DNA from: Nemertoderma westbladi
Taxonomy: Eukaryota > Animalia > Xenacoelomorpha
Assembly (NCBI GenBank): GCA_032718475.1
Contig: JAUCBJ010002218.1
Coordinates: forward strand, 6,436 to 70,435
DNA: 64,000 nt
Direction: 5' to 3'
The translations under genes and the position numbers were made by a program. Position 1 is the stretch's first letter; each line of letters starts with the position of its first letter. Shown piece after piece: positions 1-14,300 of this stretch. The notes beneath the pieces are model-generated. The model did not search any database and was not told the DNA's origin. It saw only the letters and a list, made by a program, of their open reading frames with translations.

Positions 1-844
1 CACAATCTTCATAAAAAATCCCATATTTTCAAACATTTTATATATAATCTATGTATTTATTTACGTTTTTTATTAACCCCATTATTATAATTCCTACACT
101 GGTGGTCAGTAACATTGTATCAATAATCATTGTGTCTTACCTACAACTCTACTCTTTCTATATAATTGTTTATTTATCTTACCAATCAAACCAACCGAAC
201 CATATACATTTTAGTAGAACATCAGTAGGTATCATCTTTCACATTATTCATGCATGGATGCACACACCTACAACAAGCAAGTACACTACAATAACATCTA
301 CATTAGTTCATGATTGTTCTTAGTCTTGGGTATAGATATACAGTATGCTTCAGTTTAAGGCATATTTTTCATTCATTCATTCTTAAGTGGTTCTTAAGTT
401 AAATATAAAATAAGAACATCGATCTTATTATAAATTTATAAAACATCATAAACTGTTTAATTTTATTTCTTACTTAATCTTACACACTGCACAGATAATG
501 CTGCGCCATTATCTGATATACCTTAATGTATACATGTACAGTATATAGACTAATGTTGTTAGTGGACTGATATGTTTATTTTGTTCCTGAAAAACGCCAC
601 ATTATTCTAAGTTTGGGTTAATTATCTGAACAAGCATCAGAAGCTGTCCATGCGGTCTTTGAAAAAAATTGGCCGAAGTATAGAAAGTCATCCAAGATAC
701 GCAAATGAACTACTTCGAGCAGTTTAAAAGGAATATATTTCGAAACATGTATAAACTATTTTTGGATTTTAATGGAGTATACTGTAGGTACTGTATATCA
801 AAATAATTACATATTTAATATTAATTGGATAAATAAATAGTTGT

Positions 845-1400
845 ATTATTAAAAATCACCAATGAAACTTTCTAATTTTTTATATTTTATTCATCAAGGC
901 ATGCTTGAATCCAAAAAACTTGTTTTCATGTATGGGAAAGAGTACCAATCTCCCTTTGTTAAAAGTAATAATATTTGGTATTAAATAAATAATTAAATAG
1001 CATTTATATTAAAAGCCACCCATGAAACTTTCTAATTTTTTATATTTTATTCATCGAGACATGATTAGAGCAAAAAAACTTGCTTTCATGAATGGGTTAA
1101 CATCCTTTGTTAAAGGTAATAATATTTAGTATTAAATAAATAATTAAATAGCATTATATTAAAAGCCACCCATGAAATTTTAAATTTTTTTATTTTGTGT
1201 ACAAAGTGACACCAATGGAGCAAAATAAACCTGTCAATATGTTTGGGGGAGTAAGTGATGAAATTTAGTAATATGATTAGTATTAAATAATTTCTTAAAT
1301 AGTATTAATTTAAAAAGCCACCCATGAAATATTTTAATTTTTGTCAATTTTTACATTAGGGGACCAACTAAGCTCAAAAAACTTGTTTGCATGAACGGGG
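845..1400. repeat. Degenerate ~150-bp tandem repeat (~4 copies), probably internal to a DNA transposon remnant
   Basis: Recurrent attaaaagccacccatgaaa...aaaaaacttg(t/c)tttcatg near 850, 1010, 1160, 1310; followed by ccccactgtg at ~1429-1438. Confidence 0.55.
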
Positions 1401-1438
1401 TCCAACCTTTGCCAAAAACCAAGTTAAGCCCCACTGTG

Positions 1439-2371
1439 AACGGTTCAGTAACGCTCGTCGGGTCAGTCATAACGGTTCAGTAACGGTCGCCGGGTCAGTC
1501 ATAACGGTTCAGTAACGGTCGTCGGGTCAGTCATAACGGTTCAATAACGGTCGCCGGGTCAGTCATAACGGTTCAGTAACGGTCGTCGTGTCAGTCATAA
1601 CGGTTCAGTAATGGTCGCCGGGTCAGTCATAACGGTTCAGTAACGGTCGTCGGGTCAGTCATAACGGTTCAGTAACGGTCGTCGGGTCAGTCATAACGGT
1701 TCAGTAACGCTCGTCGGGTCAGTCATAACGGTTCAGTAAAGGTCGTCGAGTCAGTCATAACGGTTCAGTAAAGGTCGTCGAGTCAGTCATAACGGTTCAG
1801 TAACGGTCGTCGGGTCAGTACGGTTCAGTAACGGTCGTCGGGTCAGTCATAACGGTTCAGTAACGGTCGTCGGGTCAGTCATAACGGTTCAGTAACGGTC
1901 GCCGGGTCAGTCATAACGGTTCAGTAACGGTCGTCGGGTCATTCATAACGGTTCAGTAACGCTCGTCGGGTCAGTCATAACGGTTCAGTAACGGTCGCCG
2001 GGTCAGTCATAACGGTTCAGTAACGGTCGCCGGGTCAGTCATAACGGTTCAGTAACGGTCGTCGGGTCATTCATAACGGTTCAGTAACGCTCGTCGGGTC
2101 AGTCATAACGGTTCAGTAACGGTCGCCGGGTCAGTCATAACGGTTCAGTAACGGTCGCCGGGTCAGTCATAACGGTTCAGTAACGGTCGCCGGGTCAGTC
2201 ATAACGGTTCAGTAACGGTCGCCGGGTCAGTCATAACGGTTCAGTAACGGTCGTCGGGTCATTCATAACGGTTCAGTAACGCTCGTCGGGTCAGTCATAA
2301 CGGTTCAGTAACGCTCGCCGGGTCAGTCATAACGGTTCAGTAACGCTCGTCGGGTCAGTCATAACGGTTCA
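1439..2371. repeat. 32-bp minisatellite, ~29 copies
   Basis: Unit aacggttcagtaacggtcg(t/c)cgggtcagtcat, near-identical copies, ends ~65 bp before the Piwi exon A acceptor. Confidence 0.97.
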
Positions 2372-2437
2372 CTTAGTATAAGCAAGCTGCGTTGACTCTG
2401 TTGACTTATATTATTGAGATGTATTTTTCCACCGCAG

Positions 2438-2595
2438 GTTTCACGTAATCTTGGTATGATGATAGAAGACCCTCTGAGGATTAACATACCCAGGGATGAT
2501 GTTAACAGCTATCTCACGGCCATCAAGACCCACCTTCAGCGGACCCCTAACCTCCAGATGGTAGTCTGCATGCTCCCCAATAACCGCAAAGACAG
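2438..2595 (+). CDS. piwi: Piwi-like Argonaute, internal exon A (MID domain); upstream exons lie outside or were not recognised
   Basis: Acceptor ccaccgcag at 2437, donor gtgag at 2596; encodes VSRNLGMMIEDP...QMVVCMLPNNRKD(R); phase 2 joins next exon to give KDRYDAIKK, a Piwi hallmark. Confidence 0.93.
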
Positions 2596-2659
2596 GTGAG
2601 CTTGATCTGCTAATAAGTGTATCTGCCAATCATTACATTGCAAATCAATATCATTGCCA

Positions 2660-5600
2660 ATTATCTCAATGACAGCAATGAGCGCCTTTCTGTCTGTTAT
2701 ATCAATGAGTACAATGAGAGCCTTTCTGTCCGTTATCTCAATGAGTATAATGAGAGCCTTTCTGTTCGTTATCTCAATGAGTACAATGAGAATGAGGGCC
2801 TTTCAGTCTGTTATCTCAATGTGTACAATGAGAGAGAGCCTTTCTGTCTGTTATATCAATGAGTACAATGAGAGCCTTTCTGTCCGTTATCTCATGAGGA
2901 CAATGAGAATGAGAGCCTTTCTGTCTGTTATCTCAATGTTTACAATGAGCAGCCTTTCTGTCCGTTATCTCAATGAGTACAATGAGAATGAGAGCCTTTC
3001 TGTCTGTTATCCCAATGGAACAATGAGAGCCTTTCTGTCCGCTTTCTGTCTGTTATCCCAATGTGTACAATGAGAGCCTTTCTGTCTGTTATCCCAATGT
3101 GTACAATGAGAGCCTTTCTGTCCGTTATCCCAATGAGTACAATGAGAATGAGAGCCTTTCTGTCTGTTATCTCAATGAGTATAATGAGTGCCTTTGTGTC
3201 CGTTATATCAATGTGTACAATGAGAGCCTTTCTGTCCGTTATCTCAATGAGTACAATGAGAATGAGAGCCTTTCTGTCTGTTATCTCAATGTGTACAATG
3301 AGAGCCTTTCTGTCCGTTATCTCAATGAGTACAGTGAGAATGAGAGCCTATCTGTCTGTTATCTCAATGTGTACAATGAGAGCCTTTCTGTCTGTTATCT
3401 CAATGTGTACAATGAGAGCCTTTATGTCCGTTATCTCAATGAGTATAATGAGTGCCTTTATGTCCGTTATCTCAATGTGTACAATGAGAGCCTTTCTGTC
3501 TGTTATCACAATGAGAATGAGAGCCTTTCTGTCCGTTATCTCAATGAGTACAATGAGAATGAGAGCCTTCTGTCTTTTATCTCAATGTGTACAATGAGAG
3601 CCTTTATGTCCGTTATCTCAATGAGTACAATGAGAATGAGAGCCTTTCTGTCTGTTATCTCAATGTGTACAATGAGAGCCTTTCTGTCTGTTATCCCAAT
3701 GTGTACAATGAGAGCCTTTCTGTCCGTTATCTCAATGAGTACAATGAGAATGAGAGCCTTTCTGTCTGTTATCTCAATGTGTACAATGAGAGCCTTTCTG
3801 TCCGTTATCTCAATGAGTACAATGAGAATGAGAGCCTTTCTGTCTGTTATCTCAATGTGTACAATGAGAGCCTTTCTTTCCGTTATCTCAATGTGTACAA
3901 TGAGAGCCTTTCTGTCCGTTATCTCAATGAGTACAATGGGAATGAGAGCCTTTCTGTCTGTTATCTCAATGTGTACAATGAGAGCCTCCCAATGTGTACA
4001 ATGAGAGCCTTTCTGTCTGTTATATCAATGTGTACAATGAGAGCCTTTCTTTCCGTTATCTCAATGAGTACAATGAGAATGAGAGCCTTTCTGTCCGTTA
4101 TCTCAATGTGTACAATGAGAGCCTTTCTGTCTGTTATATCAATGTGTACAATGAGAGCCTTTCTGTCCGTTATCTCAATGAGTACAATGAGAATGAGAGC
4201 CTTTCTGTCCGTTATCTCAATGTGTACAATGGAGAGCCTTTCTTTCCGTTATCTCAATGTGTACAATGAGAGCCTTTCTGTCCGTTATCTCAATGAGTAC
4301 AATGGGAATGAGAGCCTTTCTGTCTGTTATCTCAATGTGTACAATGAGAGCCTCCCAATGTGTACAATGAGAGCCTTTCTGTCTGTTATCTCAATGTGTA
4401 CAATGAGAGCTTTTCTGTCTGTTATCCCAATGTGTACAATGAGACCCTTTCTGTCTGTTATCCCAATGTGTACAATGGGAACCTTTCTGTCTATTATCCC
4501 AATGTGTACAATGAGAGCCTTTCTGTCCGTTATCTCAATGAGTACAATGAGAATGAGAGCATTTCTGTCTGTTATCTCAATGTGTACAATGAGAGCCTTT
4601 CTGTCTGTTATCCCAATGTGTACAATGAGAGCCTTTCTGTCCGTTATCTCAATGAGTGCAATGAGAATGAGAGCCTTTCTGTCCGTTATCTCAATGAGTA
4701 CAATGAGAATGAGAGCCTCTCTGTCCGTTATCCCAATGTGTACAATGAGAGCCTTTCTGTCCGTTATCTCAATGAGTACAATGAGAATGAGAGCCTCTCT
4801 GTTCGTTATCCCAATGTGTACAATGAGAGCCTTTCTGTCCGTTATATCAATGTGTACAATGAGAGCCTTTCTGTCCGTTATATCAATGAGTATAATAATG
4901 AGAGCCTTTCTGTCCCTTATCTCAATGAGTACAATGAGAATGTGAGCCTTTCTGTCCGTTATCTCAATGTGTACAATGAGAGCCTTTCTGTCCGTTATCT
5001 CAATGTGTACAATGAGAGCCTTTCTGTCCGTTATCTCATTGTGTACAATGAGAGCCTTTCTGTCCGTTATATCAATGTGTACAATGAGAGCCTTTCTGTC
5101 CGTTATATCAATGTGTAGAATGAGAGCCTTTCTGTCCATTATCTCAATGAATATATTGAGAGCTTTTCTGTCCGTTATCCCAATGTGTAGAATGAGAGCC
5201 TTTCTGTCCGTTATCTCAATGAGTACAATGAGAATGAGAGCCGCCTTTCTGTCCGTTATCTCAATGTGTACAATGAGAGCCTTTCTGTCCGTTATCTCAA
5301 TGTGTACAATGAGAGCCTTTCTGTCCGTTATATCAATGTGTAGAATGAGAGCCTTTCTGTCCATTATCTCAATGAATATATTGAGAGCTTTTCTGTCCGT
5401 TATCCCAATGTGTAGAATGAGAGCCTTTCTGTCCGTTATCTCAATGAGTACAATGAGAATGAGAGCCGCCTTTCTGTCCGTTATATCAATGTGTACAATG
5501 AGAGCCTTTCTGTCCGTTATATCAATGTGTACAATGAGAGCCTTTCTGTCTGTTATCTCAATGTGTACAATGAGAGCCTTTCTGTCCGTGATCTCAATGA

Positions 5601-8585
5601 GTACAATGAGAATGAGAGCCTTTCTGTCCGTTATCTCAATGTGTACAATGAGAGCCTTTCTGTCCGTTATCTCAATGAGTACAATGAGAATGAGAGCCTT
5701 TCTCTCCGTTATCTCAATGTGTGCAATGAGAGCCTTTCTGTCCGTTATCTCAATGTGTACAATGAGAGCCTTTCTGTCCGTTATCTCATTGTGTACAATG
5801 AGAGCCTTTCTGTCCGTTATATCAATGTGTACAATGAGAGCCTTTCTGTCCGTTATCTCAATGTGTACAATGAGAGACTTTCTGTCCGTTATCTCAATGA
5901 GTACAATGAGAATGAGAACCTTTCTGTCCGTTATCTCAATGTGTACAATGAGAGCCTTTCTGTCCGTTATCTCAATGTGTACAATGAGAGCCTTTCTGTC
6001 CGTTATCTCATTGTGTACAATGAGAGCCTTTCTGTCCGTTATATCAATGTGTACAATGAGAGCCTTTCTGCCCGTTATCTCAATGTGTACAATGAGAGCC
6101 TTTCTGTCAGTTATCTCAATGAATATATTGAGAGCCTTTCTGTCCGTTATCCCAATGTGTAGAATGAGAGCCTTTCTGTCCGTTATCTCAATGAGTACAA
6201 TGAGAATGAGAGCCTTTCTGTCCGTGATCTCAATGAGTACAATGATAATGAGAGCCTTTCTGTCCGTTATCCGTTATATCAATGTTTACAATGAGAGCCT
6301 TTATGTCCGTTATCCAAATGTGTATAATGAGTGCCTTGATGTCCGTTATCCCAATGTGTACAATGAGAGCCTTTCTGTCCGTTATCTCAATGAGTACAAT
6401 GAGAATGAGAGCCTTTCTGTCTGTTATCTCAATGTGTACAATGAGATCATTTCTGTCTGTTATCTCAATGTGTACAATGAGAGCCTTTCTGTCTGTTATC
6501 TCAATGTGTACAATGAGAGCCTTTATGTCCGTTATCTCAATGAGTATAATGAGTGCCTTTATGTCCGTTATCCCAATGTGTACAATGAGAGCCTTTCTGT
6601 CCGTTATCTCAATGAGTATAATAACGAGAGACTTTCTGTCCGTTATCTCAATGAGTATAATGAGTGCCTTTGTGTCCGTTATCCCAATGTGTACAATGAG
6701 AGCCTTTCTGTCCGTTATCTCAATGAGTACAATGAGAGCCTTTCTGTCCGTTATCTCAATGAGTACAATGAGTATGAGAGCCTTTCTGTCCGTTATCCCA
6801 ATGTGTACAATGAGAGCCTTTCTGTCCGTTATCTCAATGAGTACAATGAGTATGAGAGCCTTTCTGTCCGTTATCCCAATGTGTACAATGAGAGCCTTTC
6901 TGTCCGTTATCTCAATGAGTACAATGAGTATGAGAGCCTTTCTGTCCGTTATCCCAATGTGTACAATGAGAGCCTTTCTGTCCGTTATCTCAATGAGTAC
7001 AATGAGTATGAGAGCCTTTCTGTCCGTTATCCCAATGTGTACAATGAGAGCCTTTCTGTCCGTTATCTCAATGAGTACAATGAGTATGAGAGCCTTTCTG
7101 TCCGTTATCCCAATGTGTACAATGAGAGCCTTTCTGTCCGTTATCTCAATGAGTACAATGAGTATGAGAGCCTTTCTGTCCGTTATCTCAATGTGTACAA
7201 TGAGAGCCTTTCTGTCCGTTATCTCAATGAGTACAATGAGAATGAGAGCCTTTCTGTCTGTTATATCAATGTGTACAATGAGATCATTTCTGTCTGTTAT
7301 CTCAATGTTTACAATGAGAGCCTTTATGTCCGTTATCTCAATGAGTATAATGAGTGCCTTTATGTCCGTTATCCCAATGTGTACAATGAGAGCCTTTCTG
7401 TCCGCTATCTCAATGAGTACAATGAGTATGAGAGCCTTTCTGTCCGTTATCCCAATGTGTACAATGAGAGCCTTTCTGTCCGTTATCTCAATGAGTACAA
7501 TGAGTATGAGAGCCTTTCTGTCCGTTATCCCAATGTGTACAATGAGAGCCTTTCTGTCCGTTATCTCAATGAGTACAATGAGTATGAGAGCCTTTCTGTC
7601 CGTTATCCCAATGTGTACAATGAGAGCCTTTATGTCCGTTATCTCAATGAGTACAATGAGTATGAGAGCCTTTCTGTCCGTTATCCCAATGTGTACAATG
7701 AGAGACTTTCTGTCCGTTATCTCAATGAGTATAATAATGAGAGCCTTTCTGTCCGTTATCTCAATGTGTACAATGAGAGTCTTTCTGTCTGTTATATCAA
7801 TGTGTACAATGAGAGCCTTTCTTTCCCTTATCTCAATGAGTACAATGAGAATGAGAGCCTTTCTGTCCGTTATCTCAATGTGTACAATGAGAGCCTTTCT
7901 GTCTGTTATATCAATGTGTACAATGAGAGCCTTTCTGTCCGTTATCTCAATGAGTACAATGAGAATGAGAGCCTTTCTGTCCGTTATCTCAATGTGTACA
8001 ATGGAGAGCCTTTGTGTCCGTTATATCAATGTGTACAATGAGAGCCTTTCTGTCCGTTATCTCAATGAGTACAATGAGAATGAGAGCCTTTCTGTCCGTT
8101 GTCACAATGTGTACAATGAGAGCCTTTCTGTCCGTTATCTCACTGAGAGCCTTTCTGTCCGTTATATCAATGTGTACAATGAGAATGAGGGCCTTTCTGT
8201 CCGTTATCTCAATGTGTACAATGAGAGCCTTTCTGTCCGTTATATCAATGTGTACAATGAGAATGAGAGCCTTTCTGTCTGTTATCTCAATGTGTACAAT
8301 GAGAGCCTTTCTGTCCGTTATCTCAATGAGTACAATGAGAATGAGAGCCTTTCTGTCCGTTATCTCAATGTGTACAATGAGAGCCTTTCTGTCCGTTGTC
8401 TCAACGTGTACAATGGGAGCCTTTCTGTCCGTTATCTCAATGAGTACAATGAGAATGAGAGCCTTTCTGTCCGTTATCTCAATGTGTACAATGAGAGCCT
8501 TTCTGTCCGTTATATCAATGTGTACAATGAGAGCCTTTCTGTCCGTTATCTCAATGTGTACAATGAGAGCCTTTCTGTCTTTTAT
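2660..8585. repeat. 36/42-bp intronic minisatellite, ~5.9 kb
   Basis: Unit aatgagagcctttctgtccgttatctcaatg(t/a)gtac, with a +aatgag variant; alternating 36+42 blocks around 6750-7200; fills most of Piwi intron A-B. Confidence 0.97.
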
Positions 8586-8702
8586 GTATCTGTTATCTGT
8601 ATTGAATCTACTGATTTTAGTTCAGCCATCACCCAACGGCCTCCCACCCTCACACCCTACTACAAGACGGAAGCTCCTTAGCTGCATGGCCTTTGTATAA
8701 AT

Positions 8703-8915
8703 AAGTAAAGTAAAGTATATCGGTAAAGGTGTAAAACTCGAAACATCGGCGGAAAACCGAAGGCTCCTCTCTCGGATATTACCTAAAGTCAGGGAGAGCG
8801 CCGCACTAACTCCCAAGGGTGAACACTCAGTAACTATCCAATCAGTTCTTTACCCCTCCAGTATAGAAGCCATGTTCCCATTGTATCGCCGGGTTTGCGT
8901 TAGCTAAGCACTAAT
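8703..8915 (-). mobile_element. Possible SINE fragment
   Basis: GC-richer body ending on the minus strand in a (TTTAC)n-like tail (aagtaaagtaaagta at ~8703-8717); no tRNA head recognised. Confidence 0.3.
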
Positions 8916-8969
8916 TTCTTACATGACTTGTCTTACTTTATTTTACGTTGTCTATTTATATTTGCTTAG

Positions 8970-9129
8970 ATACGACGCTATAAAGAAACTGCTCTGTATA
9001 GATTCACCCGTACCAAGCCAGTGTATTCTGCAGAAACATTATCGTAAGAACGCCTTGTCAGTCGCGACTAAGGTGGTTGTTCAGATGAACTGCAAGCTCG
9101 GAGGCGAGGTCTGGGGAGTGGATATTCCT
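8970..9129 (+). CDS. piwi: Piwi-like exon B (MID domain, 5'-phosphate pocket)
   Basis: tttgcttag acceptor, gttagt donor; YDAIKKLLCIDSPVPSQCIL...VATKVVVQMNCKLGGEVWGVDIP. Confidence 0.95.
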
Positions 9130-9473
9130 GTTAGTAGAACGTTGATAATATATAAATACCAATCAATTTTAACCACGATTTAACAAGTCCCCTTAGAAAT
9201 CTATTTTCAAGGCTCATTCAAAATTTTACCAAAATCGTTAGAGCCGTTTTTGTTCTGTCAGCAGCGTAGTCAATAGCTTTTTTCTCACAGCAACCAACGC
9301 CTTCTACATAGTAATACTGTAGTTATTCGCTATATTCGATTCTCTAGCAGTTGTAAGTAACCTGTACAATTATTATTGCTAAAATTCATTCAACTTTTTG
9401 AACGGCGCCGTATAGTAAAATATGACAGTAAGACAGATTCCCTCTGGTTTGATTTAGAAGGTAATCGCCTTTA

Positions 9474-11200
9474 GGGTGATTCTCACCGAAAGTGGCCAAA
9501 TAGAACTGAAATATTCCTGAAATTTCAACTCCATTGAAACCATACAAAACTATATATATTCTGAAAGCATTTTTTAAGGAGAATTCAATGGTGACAATCT
9601 CCGAGATGTTAGATAAAATCTTAAAGAAATAATCAAGGTAAAGTATGTGTCCCGCCTGTAATGGTTTGTCCCTCCATGTAATACGAATTTTTAGGCTGTA
9701 AATTGCCCCTGTAATGCGATGTCCCAGCCCTGTAACAATATATTCATATATTTTCTATTGGTAGGCCTACCGTGTAATGCGATGTCCCCACAAATTGTAA
9801 CAATATAATAGTCATGTACGTATGTATTTAGTTAATTTTCCATACATAACTTTTTAGTAAGTTTTCCGAGAAAGATAAGTTTTGTCAAAATTGTGTATTA
9901 TTTTTAAAAATTAATATAATCGACCACAGAAAAGAAACCAAAATCAACAATTCCAAACTATCCGTAAGTTGCTACAATAGCCTAGAAACAAAATTAGTTC
10001 GGACAGTGAATTCGAAATTCAATAAACTTCGAAATTATATAAAGTTTTCATTCAGACAAAAATTGGAGAGAATCAATTGAGGGGTAAAGTTCAGCATCCG
10101 ACATATCAAACCCTGTAAAATCTAAAATCGCGAAGTCTTTCACTGCACTTGAAGGCTCGTACATAATAGTTCGCATGGTGGAAGGCATGGTTTCGTGTTT
10201 CCATTTTGTATATTTAACGGACCAAAATTTGTCTATGTTAGTAGAATGGTACGGTGTAAGTTAATTAAAACAGAAAAGTTAAGTCCTGAAATTTAATGAC
10301 CAAATACAGATGCTTTTCAAATTTCCCACCAATTAGTGTGCCATAGAATCAATACTAAATTTGCCATTACAGAGAAGGGACAGTCCCTCACTGTAATGGC
10401 ATCTCGCACACGTATTTTGTGGGACAATTACAGGGCCATTACATGGAGGGACAAATTGATCTTGATATTGAATGTGTAGGGAGCACACTTTAATATTGAA
10501 GTTGGAAGTAACAATGGCTGTATTGCCCATGTTTTAATCTACTATAATAACTTTACTTTGTTAATTCAAAATGTTACATGCAAATTTATATGCAGAATTA
10601 GTTATGGAAAACATGGGACAAAACATCTTGAACATACCGGGTTTGTCACATATAGATGTTAAAATCTCGGCAACTACTGGATCGTTTTCAATAAGGTTTT
10701 TTTTATTGTGTTCTGTAATAATTGAGGCTGGATTTGCGTATCATCATACCGACTGATAACTTCTTATAGATTCTTTCGAACCTCTATTGAACATTTGGGA
10801 CATTACAGGGGTCATATTGAAATTTAATAATATTTTATGCTGTTACTGGAACGGAAGTATTTGTATCCTCCAAAAACTGATCTGAGAGTGTAGGAAATTT
10901 TTCAAGCTTCCGAATGATATATAGTTTGTACACCAAGGACCATAATGAGGTCATTCTACTGCTCTCTAAATGTTATGCAAATTCTTTAAACAAGTGTTAA
11001 AAATGCTATTTTTTAGCGTTTGACAGAGAAATATGGTAATATGCAGGGATTTTTCAACCCTGAAAACATGATGAGCAGAATTTTCAGGCCAAGTTTCATA
11101 TATAAAACATTTTACCGTTTAAAAATTCATCAATCTAAACAGAAATTACGTTCCGGACAATTTCTAAGTCGGTTTTGGCCACTTTTGTTGAGAATGACCC
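9474..11200. mobile_element. Non-autonomous TIR DNA transposon (Kolobok-like ends)
   Basis: Imperfect TIR gggtgattctcaccgaaagtggccaaa / ttttggccacttttgttgagaatgaccc; ttta on both flanks (9470-9473, 11201-11204); no transposase seen. Confidence 0.7.
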
Positions 11201-11398
11201 TTTATTTTAAAAATGCATTACTGGGTTTTGGAAAATCTTGTAATGTAAGTAAGTCTTATTATGCAAGGGATACAGACTGAAATGTAGACTACGCTTATCT
11301 TCTCATCGGTTAAAATATAAACCAGTCGTTGGTCAAGAATTCCTCACGACCAAAGTTTTTGTCAGTGTGGATTGGCGATATCCAGTCCTTAGAACACG

Positions 11399-14300
11399 GG
11401 GTCAGAGTAAAACGCGGATCCGGATCAGGATCCGGATTCTATCATTTAACATTGTCCCTATGGAAGTCGACTGAATTTACATTTTTAGGGTGTAATCTGC
11501 GGATCCGTGCACTGTTAAATTTACCGAATCCGTAACCGAGTGTAAAACGCGGATTGGCTTTTTTTTTCGATCCGGAACGGAGTGTAAAACGCGGATTCAT
11601 GTTGTAGGCCAAATCCTGAATGGAGTGTAAAACGCGGATTCATTTTTCTACTGAATCCGGGATTGGGTGTAAAATACGGATTCAGGTTTATTACAAAATG
11701 TTATTGGATCCGGGAAGGGGTGTAAAACACGGATTCAATTTATTTACCAAGTGTTACTGGATCCGGGAAGGGGTGTAAAACGCGGATTCAAGTTTATTAC
11801 CAAAGTGTTACTGGATCCGGGGAGGGGTGTAAAACGCGGATTCGGGTTAATTACAAAGTGTTTCTGGATCCGGGACGGGGTGTAAACGGCGGATTCAAGT
11901 TTATTACCATATTACCAAGTTTTATTGGATCCGGGACGGGGTGTAAAACGCGGATTCAAGTTTATTACTAAGTTTTATTGGATCCGGGAAGGGGTGTAAA
12001 ACGCGGATTCAAGTTAATTACCAAAGTGTTACTGTATCCGGGAAGGGGTGTAAAACGCGGGTTCAAGTTAATTACAAAGTGTTACTGGATCCGGGACGGG
12101 GTGTAAAACGCGGATTCAAGTTAATTACAAAGTGTTACTGGATCCGGGACGGGGTGTAAAACGCGGATTCATGTTAATTTCAAAGTGTTTCTGGATCCGG
12201 GACGGGGTGTAAAACGCGGATTCAAGTTTATAACCAAAGTGTTACTGGATCCGGGGAGGGGTGTAAAACACGGATTCGGGTTAATTACAAAGTGTTTCTG
12301 GATCCGGGACGGGGTGTAAAATGCGGATTCAAGTTTATTACCAAGTTTTATTGGATCCGGGACGGGGTGTAAAACGCGGATTCAAGTTTATTACCAAAGT
12401 GTTACTGGATTCGGGGAGGGGTGTAAAACGCGGATTCGGGTTAATTACAAAGTGTTTCTTGATCCGGGACGGGGTGTAAAACGCGGATTCAAGTTTAATA
12501 CCAAGTTTTATTGGATCCGGGACGGGGTGTAAAACGCGAATTCAAGTTTATTACCAAGTTTTACCCGGGACGGGGTGTAAAACGCGGATTCGGGTTAATT
12601 ACAAAGTGTTTCTGGATCCGGACGGGGTGTAAAACGCGGATTCAAGTTAATTAGTAAGTTTTAATGAACATTTTGTAAAACGCATATGTTCGCGCTTTTG
12701 AAGACCTTTAGCAGTTTAACCTGCCAAATTTTATATGTCTTTTAGTTAATTAAAACCACTTTAGCATACGACAATAATTTATGCTAATACGCAAAACATT
12801 AGCCGAAGTCAGCCCATGCGCGATCATTCACCCGATGGATCTACACCCGGGAGACTGAATTCGGATGCTTGAATTGTATTATTACAGTGTAAGGTTGCAG
12901 TGTATACCTAATGTATTATTCGATAGATCGTTAATAATTAATCTCTGACAGATATTATTGGCTTTCGGGAAATATTAACAGTTCCTTTAGGACGTGGCGC
13001 TTTATCTATTTAAACAGAACTAAGACTTATACTAAAACGCAACGATACTGCTTATGATTAAAGTATAAAGCGTATTCTTTAGGAAATACTTTGTTACCAA
13101 TCACAATCATACACACTATTCTGCCGACAGTCAGTATATTTGATCACACATAAAGAGAGCAGTAATTGACTCACGTAGGGTCTGCTAAATAACATTGGAT
13201 TCAATACACACCACATTAATATAAATCGCAATTGTTATGTATAGCCGGTCTCTCTAACCTGTAGTGTTATCAAGAAAATTGGGAATTGGGTGATTTATCC
13301 GTATTATCCAAATAGCAATATTTCCATCAACAAATATTTACAATTAATAACTGACGGTAAAATAACAGTACAAACAATATGATTAATGCAATTAAAAGTA
13401 TCAAGGTGAGATGAGTGATTTAAGTCAGGTAACAGTTTATACTTTCGATAATTCAAGCAGTTTACGGTACAGCAGTATCTATCCAAAAATGCCGGTGTTT
13501 CTGGCTTAGACAGCAATAACAACAAAGTATCAAGAAAAAAAACAGTAAGACTGAACACTCTCCTTATGATCGACTAAAAGCTACACGTCGACAGGAAAAA
13601 CCGCCCTGATTGGCCCAAGCCAAACAAAGAACCACGCGGCCAATGGCTGTTTCCATGTCAGCAACCAGCTGCTAGATGTCGTAATATGAATCATCACGGC
13701 TAAGCTGTGAAAGGTGGTTGGTGCATTACAAGTTTTTTGTCTTACCATGTCCGCTAAAACACGTATATAGCAGAATTACTTTTATGTCCGTTAAAACACC
13801 TGTAAAGGTACCTTGCGGGCGAGGGGAATATATATACAGTTAGAAAACCTTTTTTAGAGTATTCCAGCGCCTGGGGGGGAACTGGCCAGCATAGGCAAAC
13901 GTATCAGTTATCCCACAAAAGCTTTTACAGCATATGCAATGAAGGCCCAGACCCTCATCTAGTTACAATTATTAATTAGTACAATGTTTATTGTTCTTTA
14001 GTAACTTTTCTTTCTTTAATAACCAGGGATTAATACCAGGATAATTAATTTTATCATAGACTACTATGCAAACGTAGGCAGTTTAACTTAAAAACATAGA
14101 AAATCGTTTTAGACCGTATTTCGGCTTTAAAAATGATAAGAAATTATACTGAACAGTTCAGCCTCCATAAATTACGAAGGCAGCACGCTTGCAAGGCAAA
14201 TAGAGTACGCTATGATGCAGTACAAACTACCGCCAGCTAGGCAGAACATTGATTCTTGTTTGTAATGGAGGTTGGGATGGATAAGCCAATCAGGGAACAG

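Noticed and set aside
1439-2371. CRISPR-like appearance of 28-36-bp repeats here and at 19323-20790
   Set aside because: No unique spacers, no cas genes, eukaryotic intron context.
2617-8700. Very long ORFs (up to 1024 aa) of NESLSVRYLNVY / MRAFLSVISMCT repeats
   Set aside because: Unit lengths of 36 and 42 bp keep several frames open at once, frames swap at indels, and the region is inside a phase-consistent Piwi intron.
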